Shown here piece by piece: positions 24,201 through 36,200 of a DNA stretch of 64,000 bases. Under the pieces are notes generated by a model. That model was given only the letters and a program-made list of their open reading frames with translations, was not told the origin of the DNA and did no database searches. Origin of the DNA: Malacoraja senta (taxonomy: Eukaryota); NCBI GenBank assembly GCA_038087875.1, contig CM075993.1:6822001-6886000 (forward strand). Direction: 5' to 3'. Position 1 is the first letter of the stretch; each line of letters begins with the position of its first letter. The translations under genes and the position numbers were made by a program.

Positions 24201-27200
24201 GGAGACCTAGTTCAGCCATGATTGAATGGCGGAGTAGACTCGATGGACCGAATGGCCTAATTCTACTCCTATAATGTGAACGTAAGCTGCACTGAAGGAT
24301 GAGCCATATTTCATGCATTCATGTCATAGGAGCTGAATTAGGCCATTTGGATCATCGAGACTAATCCATGCTGATCTATCTTTCACTCTTGACCCCATTC
24401 TCCCGCCTTCTCCCATAACCTTTGACACCCTTACCAATCAAGAACCTGTCAATCTCTGCTTTGAAAATATCCAACGACTTGGCCTCCAATTTGTATGTGG
24501 CAATGAATTCCACAGATTCACCACCGTCTGACTAGAGAAATTCCTCCTCATTTCCTTTCTACAGGCACGTATTTGTATCTTGAGGTTGGATGGCTCATGC
24601 AGCACTTGAATGACTTCATCCTTGCAATTCCTGTCATAGTTGGTACCATCTCCCATTGTAGTCCAGGGCAGTTGTATATTAAAGGAATCCAGTATTACTA
24701 AATGTACACCACAATTAACTCTCATTATATTGGATCGGTGGTGGGGGGGCGGGGGGGTGGGGGAGGGGGGGGGGGAGGGAATGATCTGTTATTGCCGATT
24801 GTCCGCTATAACAGAGTCAGGGATTCGCGACCCAGGGATCCCGAATAAGGGATTCCTGGCCCCTCCACTCATCCCATCTTTCCCTCTCAACCCATTCTCC
24901 TGCCTTTTCCCCATAACCCTTGAAGGGTGTTGGGGGTTATTGGGAGAGAAGGCAGGTAAGTGGGGTTGGGAGGGAGAGATAGATCCGCCATGATTGAATA
25001 GCAGAGTATACATGATGGGCCGAATGGCCTAATTCTGCTCCTATCACATGACCTTATGAACTCCAACCACTAGCAGTTCACTCCGTGAAGCGAGGCGTTT
25101 TCAAATACATTGTTCTTTTTAACAGCTAAAATCAATATTTGTTACTAAAAATACTGAAGGCTGTTTATTACAAAGGATTTTTATTACATGGTTTAGACAA
25201 TAGACAATAGGTGCAGGAGTAGGCCATTCGTGGCCCTTCGAGCCAGCACCGCCATTCAATGTGATCATGGCTGATCGTCCACAATCAGTACCCCGTTCCT
25301 GCCTTCTCCCCATATCCCCTGACTCTGCTATCTTTAAGAGCTCTACCTAACTCTCTCTTGAAAGCATCCAGAGAATTGGCCTCCACTGGTTTCTGAGGCA
25401 GAGAATTCCACAGATTCACAACTCTCTGGGTGAAAACGTTTTTTCTCATCTCCGTTCTAAATGGCTCCACAGACTCACCACTCTATGTGAGAAAAAGTGT
25501 TTCCTCGTCTCCGTTCTAAATGGCTTACTCTTATTCTTAAACTGTGGCCCCTGGTTTCTGGACTCCCCCAACATCGGGAACATGTTTCCTGCCTCTAGCG
25601 TGTCCAATCCATTTAATATTCTTATATGTTTCAATAAGATCCCCTCTCATCCTTCTAAGTGTCATTGCACAAGTGATGATCGAAGCAATTGCTTGTCAAT
25701 TTCAATGGCCTCCCGCAGTGTAACTAGCAGCCCGCGTTCCTAAAGATACAGTGGTGTCTGATTACTGCGGGGATACTCCATCCACTATCACGGAAATCCA
25801 TGACAAAGACGTCAGTAATAATAAGCATTACACTGTACAGTATTACTAGGTAGACAAATTTGCTGGAGAAACTCAGCGGGTGAGGCAGCATCTATGGAGC
25901 GAAGGAAATAGGCAACGTTTTGGGCCGAAACGGGGGGGGGGGCTGGAAGAAGAAAGGAAGAGGAGGAGCCAGAGGGCTGAGGGAGAGCTGAGAAGGGGAG
26001 GAGACAGCAAGGGCTACCGGAAATTGGAGAAGTCAATTGGAGAAGAACATTAAAGGTACACAAAAATGCTGGAGAAACTCAGCGGGTGCAGCAGCATCTA
26101 TGGAGCGAAGGAAATAGGCCTCTGCAGATTTTCCAGCATCTGCAGTTCCTTCTTTAACACGGAGAAGAACATTAACATTGACTTCTCCAATTTCCGGTAG
26201 CCCTTGCTGTCTCCTCCCCTTCTCAGCTCTCCCTCAGCCCTCTGGCTCCTCCTCTTCCTTCCTTCTTCCCCCCCCCCCCCCCCCCCCCACCTGATCACGG
26301 GAGTTTGTACATTTTCTCAGTGTGCTCCGGTCTCCTCTTTGATGTGTGGGAGGAAACCGGAGCACCCGGGGGAATACCCACGCACTCTTAGGGAGACCGT
26401 ACAAACTCCACATAGAGTCATAGAGTGATACAGTGTGGAGACAGGCCCAACTTGCCCACACCGGCCAACGTCCCAGCTTCACTAGTCCCACCTGCCAGCA
26501 TTTGGTCCATAACCCTCCAAACCTGTCCTATCCATGTACCTGCCTAACTGCTTCTTAAATGCTGGGATAGCATAGACAGCACCCATATTCAGGATCGGAC
26601 CTGAGTCCCGAGTGGATTTTCCCTAGTATGTAGGATAGAACTAGTATAGGGCTGATCGTTGGTCTGCGCACTGTCATGCTGTATCTCTAATGGCTAAAGC
26701 CTATATGACTGGACTCGCCAGTGATCAAAGAGATGCTGTTCTCTGCAGGTGGGCTTTGAGAATGTATGTTTTTTCTCCCCTCTCTGTATCTAGATAGCTG
26801 CGACGGAGATGAGACATCATGGGTCGTACCTGTGTGCAGTCACCAATAACAGAGGCCAGGAGTGCTGGAGCTCGGCAGCTGATATCACCGTGGTAAATAC
26901 CCACCAAGCACTGTCATTAATATCTCTCAGTATTAGATTAGGTATGTAGAATTAACAGCACGGAAGCAGGCCGTTCCATTTGCTCCATGTATGTTTGCCC
27001 TCAGGCCATCCTCCCAGCCTATCCATTTGTCCTGTTTCCTTCTCATATGATTATCAACCTCCTCCATTCCCCACACCCTTAAATGCGTCACGTCTTTCAG
27101 AACGCACTGCTTCATACTTACAGATAGATGCACGGTCCAGCACCTTATCAAGTTTCAATATCTTCATTTTAAATCAAGATATCTGCACCGCGGCACGGTG

Positions 27201-30200
27201 GGGCAGAGTTGTTGCCTCACAGCGCCAGAGACCACGGGTGCTGTCAGTACGGAGTTTGCACGTTCTCCCTGTGACCAGCGGGGGTTTTCTCCGGGAGCTC
27301 CGGTTACCTTCCACACTCCAAAGACGTACAGGATTGTACGTTAAGTGGCGTCTGTAAATCTAAATTATCCCTAGTGCATAGGATACTGTGTGTACGGGGT
27401 GATCGCTGGTCGGCACGGTCTCGGTGGGCCGAAGGGCCTGCTTCCACGCTGTATCTCTAAAGTCTAAAGTAATCGCAACAGTTAACGGTGATTTTTTATT
27501 GAGTTTCATTGCGTTTCCTTTGACTGGCCACTGCATATCTGAGAACATCTAGTCGCGGCTCAAAGGATTTGTTCAACAACAATCCTTATAATATGTGCAG
27601 AAGAAAACTGTAGTGGTAAAGTTAAGATGGGAAGTGTGAACATTCTGCAGGTGTAATAGGAACTGATTCTTGTGGCATTTTATTCATGAAGCCCTGTTTC
27701 TCGACACATTTGTTTTATATAATACAGACTTTTTATTACCTTCCATCACAGTGAGGTGTCTGAAGGAGAGTCACTGTGATGGATGTTTGTCTTAAATTGT
27801 GTTAATTGTGTGTTTTGTTGCTTTTTTACTGTTATGACTCCATGGTAACGAATTTTGTTCAACCATTGTTTTGAGTGAACCATCCCTCTCCCATCTTTCC
27901 CCCCACACCCCCCCCCCCCTCCCCCACCGCTCTCCAACCTGGCACCAATTTTGGCCCTCCCCCTCTTGCTTTCCACCTACATTCCCCCCCTCTAGCTTCA
28001 CAATTCGCAACCCTTCGTTGAATTCTGACCCGAAACGTCACCTATCCGTGTTCTCCAGAGGTGCTGCCTATTAGACAATAGACAATAGGTGCAGCAGTAG
28101 GCCATTCGGCCCTTCGAGCCATCATTCAATGTGACCATTCGGCCCTTCGAGCCATCATTCAATGTGATCATGGCTGATCATCCCCAATCAGTACCCCGTT
28201 CCTGCCTTCACCCCATATCCCTGACTCAAGAGCCCTATCTAGCTCTCTCTTGAAAGCATTCAGAGGACCCTCCTCCATGCCCTCTGAGGCAGAGAATTCC
28301 ACAGACTCACCACTCTCTGTGTGAAAAAGTGTTTCCTCGTCTCGGTTCTAAATGGCTTACCCCTTATTCTTAAACTGTGGCCCCTGGTTCCGGACTCCCC
28401 CAACATCGGGAACATGTTCCTGCCTCTAGCGTGTCCAAACCCTTTGTGTCTTTTGTGTCTTTATTTGGGTGCAGCACCACGAGAAGGGGCAAGTTAATAA
28501 ATGCGTTGTACGGGGTCAATTGAAACTAGGGCCCTCGTTTAAACAAAGGAAGCTATCCAAGATAGAGACAGAAAGCTGAAGTAACACAGTGGGTCAGGCA
28601 GCATCCCTGGAGAAAAGGAATAGGTATGTTTTGGATCCAAACATAGAAAAGAAAATAGGTGCAGGAGGAGGCCATTCGGCCCTTCGAGCCAGACCCGGAA
28701 CGTCATCTATTCTCTCCAGAGATGCTGCCTGACCCACTGAGTTACTCTGGCTTTTTGTGCCTATCTTCAGTGTAAACCAGCATCTGCAGTTCCTTCCAAC
28801 ACAAGCTATCGTGTATGACGACTGAGTTAGTTCCTATGGACTGGAGAACTTTATTAAAAGGCACGAGGTTGGATTGGAAATGGCAAACATTCAAGGAATG
28901 AATACAGGAATTGCATCAGTTCCACATTGCATTGTGGAGCAGAAACTCAATAGGGTAAAATGACCCAAACTTGCTTTACAAAAGAGGCTAAATAAAGATT
29001 GTATTGGATCTAAAGTGGATGCATAAATTAGTTGCCAGGAAAAGTGCCAGATCTCAGGATTGGGAGCAGCTCAGAAGAGAGAGCTAGATAGGGCTCTTAA
29101 AGATAGCAGAGTAAGGGGATATGGGGAGAAGTCAGGAACAGGGTACTGATTGTGGATGATCAGCCATGATCACATTGAATGGCGGTGCTGGCTCGAAGGG
29201 CCGAATGGCCTATTCCTGCACCTATTGTCTATTGTCTATTGCTCCTGAACCTGGTGTTGTGGAACATGAGGCCTCTGCACCTCCTGCCTGATGGTACTCT
29301 CCCGTTCAATACATATGTATATGCATAATACCTGTCTGTGTATAATAGCATTATACAATCAAACAGCACAGATTCAAGCCCTTCAACCCACTTTTTCCGT
29401 GCTGACCCACTTCACTGTTTGTCCACACTTGAATTGTGCAGTTGAGTCAGTACTTTCAGAATGCTGACACAGCATCTATGACTGAACTTGTTGCAATTCG
29501 AGCCAGGCTGGTTTTCCCCTCTTGTAGAACGATGTTGATTGTGGTTGTGGCCGTTTCCAGTCCTTTAATTAGTGTCTCGTGTTATTTCCTCACGCAGTTG
29601 AAAACATTGGCGTCACAGTGTCGTTACCCTCGCTAAGAGTGAAGGGTAAGTATTAAAAGTGTACATTTTTCAACAAACAATAATCACTGTTGCTGAAGTG
29701 CCTTTGGTTATACTGGCAATCGTCCAAGATCGATTGCAAAGCTTCAGGAAGACAGCAAGGGATGCAAGCCTAAAAAATGCTGAGAGTTCTCTTCATGTGT
29801 TATAATAATTCTGTGCTTTAAAGAAGGTTGAAACTGAGCATGTGTTATTGATGCTCACTGCAGTTTACTTTAAGAAAGAACTGCAGATGCTGGAAAAATC
29901 GATGGTAGACAAAAATGCTGGAGAAATTCAGCGGGTGAGGCTGCATGTATGGAGGGAAGGAATCCTTCGCTCCATTGATGCTGCCTCACCCGCTGAGTTT
30001 CTCCAGCATTTTTGTCTACCTGCAGTTTACTATAGTCAGATTCTGTTCTTTGTTGTCAAAGGGCAATCGTAAAACAATAGAATAAGGTCGAAAGGGTGAC
30101 AGGAAATTTGTTTACCTGTAATGGTGTGGAATTGGGCTGCATTTACTCTGCCGTGTCTTTGGGAGGTGCATGATGTATATTTGTTACAAGACCATTTTGG

Positions 30201-33200
30201 AACAAGAAAAAGTTCCAAAATGCCTTCTGCACTAAACAAAACATCAAAGGAAAATTATGTTGATGAATCTTTGTTCGTTGAGCAGTCTCCTAGATTGTTC
30301 CCAGTCACCACTGTATTTGGCGCTCCTAAATAAAGTCTTCACTGTCTTGCCCGATCTTTGTGTTGTGTTTTAAAGTTTTCTTTAACACTATTCTGCTGTA
30401 GTGTTCTGCCTCACAGCTCCAATGTCCCAGGTTCCATCTCGACCTCTTTAAGGGCCTGTCCCACTGCGGCGACCTAATTTGCAAGTTTAGAAGAGTTTGC
30501 CCTCGACTCATACTCGCAGCATGGTCGGCACGTGGTCCTAGGAGGTCTATGTAACTCTCCTTCATGCTCGAGAGAAGTCCCCGCGTACTCGAGGCCTCAG
30601 TTTGGTCGAGGCGTTTTTTTTAGCATGCTGAAAAACGCCCGCGAGTAAAAAAAGGTCGACATGGAAAAAATTTTACTCGTAGGTTTAGTCGATGTAGGTC
30701 GTAGTAGGTTGGCATGTTATTCGTAGGTAATCAATGGTAGTGAAAGGTAATCGTAGATAGTCGTAGATAGTGTTAGTATAGTCGAAGGTAGTCGAAGGAG
30801 GTCGTCTTCACTCTCCACTATTCGGTGTCCAATTTTCCTGAAGTTAGTTGAAGCTAGTCTTCAACATAGTCTGAGGAGGTCGAAGGAGGTCTTCTACATA
30901 TTCGTAGGAGGTTCTCTACATAGTCGAAGGAGGTCCTAGGAGGTGTTCTACTTCAGCGATACAACACGTCCATGACACTTTGTTAAACTCTCCTAAACTC
31001 TTCTAAACTCGCAAATGAGGTCCCCGCAGTGGGACAGCCCCTTCAGTTACCTATGTGAGTTTGTATATTCACCCTGCTAATCCATGGGTTGCCTCCCACA
31101 CCCCCGTAGATGTACAAGCCACGGGGGGGGGGATTAGCCACTGTAAATTGCCCGCTGTGTGTAAATGAGGGGTAGGGTCTGAGAATGGAGTTGATAGAAA
31201 TATGTAGGGAACAGGTAACAAATTAAGGTGGAGCTACAATGAACTGCAGGTGCTGGAATCTTGAGCAAAGCGCAAAGTGCTGCGGTAACTTGGTGGGTCA
31301 GGCAGCATCTGCGGAAAGAATGGACCAAAGACGTTTTGGGTCGAGAACTTTTGTCAGGCCGATGGAGTAGGGGGGAGAAAGCTGGGGGTGGGACATTTTC
31401 ACTAGTCCTCTAACCTGAACAAGTCTCAGGGAGAGAGTTCCACTACCCTCCGTGAAGACATGAGCTTGATAGTCGATGGTTCGCTTCCCTTGTTTCCCCG
31501 TTGGCAGAAGCAACCTTTTTCTCTCTGCCTAACCAAGCAACTTTCTGACGAAGAGACCCGATCAGAAACATCACCTATCCATCTGTCTGAAGAAGTGTCT
31601 CGACCCGAAACGTCACCCATTCCTTCTCTCCAGAGATGTTGCCTGTCCCGCTGAGTTACTCCAGCATTTTGTGTCCATCTTCGATTTAAACCAGCATCTG
31701 CAGTTCTTTCCTGCACATCACCTATCCATGTTCTCCTAGGATGCTGCCTGGCCCGCTGAGCTACCCCAGCACTCACATTGTGTCCATCCAGCACTGCATG
31801 TCCATGTTCTCCAGAGCTGCTGTCACTTCAGGAACTGCAGATGCTGGTTTACACCAAAGATAGATTCAAAGTGGTGGAGTAACTCAGCGGGTCAGGCAGC
31901 ATCTCTGGAGAAAAAGAGCATGTGACGCCTCGGGTCCAAACCCTTCTCCAGTCTGAAGAAAGGTTCCAACCCGAAACATCGCCCATCCATTTCCTCCAGA
32001 GATGCTGCCTGACCCGCTGAGTTACTCCAGCACTTTGTGTCTACCTCCAAACTGTATTTGAGGTGTTGTTAGATGGCTCACCATTAGCCATGTAAACTGG
32101 CCCTTGTAGGTGTGAGAGACTCAGGAGAGGTTTATGAGCTTGTGAAAGTGAATGGGACTGCAATGAACTAAATGGGGGCTGGAAATGATAAGATAGCTCC
32201 GAGAGTCAACATAGATTCGAAGGGCTGAAGGGCCTTCTATGTCAAATGGAAAATTATGGAAAATAGATCAGCATTTTAAACAATATACTCACAAATGTAT
32301 AAAATCTCATCAGGATAACCAGGCAATGGTTTTTCACCCAAAGAGTAGTGAATCTGTGGAATTCTCTGCTACAGAAGGCAGTGGAGGCCAATACACTGCA
32401 TGTTTTCAGGAGAGAGTTAGATTTAGCTCTTAGGGCTAAAGGAATCAAGGGATATGGGGAGAAAGCAGGAACAGGATACTGATTGTGGATGATCAGCCAT
32501 GATCATATTGAATGGCGGTGCTGGCTCGAAGGGTCGAATGGCCTACTCCTACACCTATTTTTCTATGTTTCTATGTTGCAATGTCTTTTTTTAACCTCTG
32601 TGTGTAATTGGTCTATTTATATCAATGATGCAGCTGTGATGTTCTTTCAGAATGGCAGGAAAAGATATCTTTGTTCTGATATTTTTCTCTCTTTCGCTTC
32701 CAGCCACACATCAAGATGTCAGACTGAGCGGTATGTCATTCTTCATTTTGTTTGTATTTGAAGCTTTCTGTCCATTCAGTTCAGAGTTAAAGATTTTCAT
32801 GACATTGTCACAGGGTTAAGATTTTCAATCAACATCAGCTTAGTCAATAAATCATTTCAAAAATGTTCTTTTTTTCCCCCTAATATTCTATTTAATTAAT
32901 ATTTTCAGCATCAAAGCCAATGATTCTTCCCACACATCGTTCCCCACCCAGTTTCTCAGTTAACAAGGAAGCAGTTTGTCTAATGGAAATCTGTAGGAGA
33001 TGTTCAGAACTATAAGATGATGACAGGAAAATCACTTTCATTTTATTCCTTCCTGTTATGAAGGATGAGAGGGAATCTTATTGAACATAAGATTATTAAG
33101 GGTTTGGACATGCTAGAGGCAGGAAACATGTTCCCGATGTTCGGGGAGTCCAGAACCAGGGGCCACAGTTTAAGAATAAGGGGTAAGCCATTTAGAACGG

Positions 33201-36200
33201 AGATGAGGAAATACATTTTCACACAGAGAGTTGTGAATCTGTGGAATTCTCTGCCTCAGAGGACGGTGGAGGCCAGTTCTCTGGATGCTTTCAAGAGAGA
33301 GAGAAATGGAGCTCTTAAAATAGCAGAGACAAGGGATATGGGGAGAATGCAGGAACGGGGTACTGATTGTGGATGATCAGCCATGATCACATTGAATGGC
33401 GGTGCTGGCTCAAAGGGCTAAATGGCCTACTCCTGCACCTATTGTCTATTGTCTAATATTTTTATGTGGTGCTTGCTGGCTGTAGCTGTGAATATCCTTT
33501 AAAAGATGGTTCTGTAAAAAGTCTGGAGTAATTCCGGGCCAGGCAGTATCTCTGGGGAACATAGATAGGGGACGTTTCGAGTCGAGACCTTTCTTCAGAC
33601 TGACTGCGAGGGCTGGGCCAAAGAAAGTGAGAAGATTAAATCCTATCCAATTACCCAGCAATGAACTACCTATGCTATCCCTTCAGAAAAATACCCAGGG
33701 TAGAGTTATGTTTAGGAAAGAACTGCAGATGCTGGAAAAATCGACGGTAGACAAAAATGCTGGTGAAACTCAGCGGGTGAGGCAGCATCTATGGAGCGAA
33801 GGAATAGGTAACGTTTTGGGTCGAGACCCGAAACGTCACCTATTCCTTTGCTCCATAGATGCTGCCTCACCTGCCGAGTTTCTCCATCATTTTTGTCTGC
33901 CAGGGTATAGTTATAATGTGTTTCTTTGTCTCCACTCCTGCAATCCAACCCGAAGCATCAACTTTCCATGTTCCCCAGGGATGGTCAACGCATTCCCGGT
34001 ACCGCGAGGAGAGTCAACACAAAGCTTGTGTTGAAGACAGCAGAGTGGGAGTGGGATGTTAAGCCTAGCATGACTGTCTTGGAGACAATGCACAGCCAAA
34101 GGGCCAGGACCATCCAGGCTCACCTTCCAGTTCTTCAGCTGATAGCAATTCAGTCAAGAACAGTCAGAGAGGTACTGAGAAAGTTGCGACCACTGCCCAG
34201 TCCATCATCGGCTCTGACCTCCCCACCGTCGAAGGGATCTATCGCAGTCGCTGCCTCAAAGAGGCTGTCAACATCATCAAGGACTCTGTTGTGCTGCAGC
34301 AAGCAAGAATTTCATGGTCCTATCTGGGACACATGACAATAAACTCTCTTAACTTGACGATGGAGAAACACCTGTGGCTTCACTAACCCGAGGCATTACA
34401 GACAAACTCAAGACAGCAATTTAGTCCACTGTGCTTCCACTCATAGAGCTACACAGCACAGAAACAGGCCCTACAGTGCAACCAGTCCGTGCCTGCCAGC
34501 TAATACATCCTTTGGGATGTGGGAGAAAATTGGAACACCCAGAGATAATGTGCAAGCTCGTAGAGCAGAGAATTGGCCCCCAGAAAGGCTGATCCAAGCT
34601 AGTCCCAATTGCAAACATTTGGCCCATTGAGGGATGTTGGGCTCTTGGTTTCATCTCAGAGCTTGGCACATATTTACACTGTCCTGGCCTGTCAGCCTAC
34701 ATGTGTTCCTCAAGTCTTTGGATTGAGAATTGAATCCACAAACTTCTAACTCCTACAAGCAAGATACAGATACAGCTTGTGTAGGAAGGAACTGCAGATG
34801 CTGGTTTACACCGAAGATAGACACAAAATGCTGGAGTAACTAAGCGGGACAGGCAGCACCTCTCCCTGTCCCTCATCACCCTAGTCGCCCTGCTAGTTTC
34901 ATTGTTCGTACCCCTTCATTATCACCTCTTCCACAGCCAACAATGGACCATTGTGGGCTCCACCTTTAATTGGTCATCGGTGCCGGCTCTGATTTGTTTT
35001 GAACCGCTTCCTACCACTATGAACGCAACACAACACATACGCAAGCAACAACACCTCGGTACACGTGACAATAAACTAAACCTCTCCCCTGACTCTCAGC
35101 CTGAAGAAGGGTCTCGACCCGACATGTCACCTATTCCTTTTCTGCAGAGATGCTGCCACCGAGTTACTCCAGCATTTAGTGTCCATCTACATCTTTGCCC
35201 TTCAGCCCCTGCTTTCCCCTGCCCAGCACTTTATCCAGCGTTCCTTGTATTTCAGCAACGGACAAGGTGGCGTTACTGATTGGGAATATGAACTACGTCA
35301 ACCATCCCAGACTGGTGGCGACCATGATGGATGTCTTTGAGCTGTCGAATCTGCTGCAACAACTGGACTTCCGGGTGGTTTCCCTTCTGGACTTGACGAA
35401 AGAGGAGATTCAAAGTGCGGTGAAACAGTTTCTTCAACTCCTGGACAACGGTGTGTATGGTGAGTGGACACCAGGGACCATGCATTCAGCTGCTGTGCAT
35501 GAACCATGTCAACAAGAAACATGTTTCAATGTATGTGTCCTATGAATAGAACTATTTAAAAGAGTCAGAATGACAATAGACAATAGGTGCAGGAGTAGGC
35601 CATTCGGCCCTTCGAGCCAGCACCGCCAATCAATGTGATCATGGCTGATCATCCCCAATTAGTACCCCGTTCCTGCCTTCTCCCCATATCCCCTGACTCC
35701 GCTATTTTTAAGAGCCCTATCTAGCTCTCTCTTGAAAGCATCCAGAGAACCGGCCTCCACCGCCCTCTGAGGCAGGGAATTCCACAGACTCACCACTCTC
35801 TGTGAGAAAAAGTGTTTCCTCGTCTCCGTTCTAAATGGCTTACTCCTTATTCTTAAACTGTGGCCCCTGGTTCTGGACTCCCCCCAACATCGGGAACATG
35901 TTTCCTGCCTCTAGCGTGTGCAAGCCCTTAACAATCTTATATGTTTCAGTAAGATTCCCTCTCATCCTTCTAAACTCCAGAGTGTACAAGCCCAGCTGCT
36001 CCATTCTCTCAGCATATGACAGTCTCGCCATCCCGGGAATTAACCTTGTAAACCTACGCTGCACTCCCTCAATAGCAGGAATGCCCTTCCTCAAATTAGG
36101 GGACCAAAACTGCACACAATACTCCAGGTGTGGTCTCACTAGGGCTCTGTACAACTGCAATGAATTTGGTATTTGTTCCAGTTCTGATCACCCATACCTC

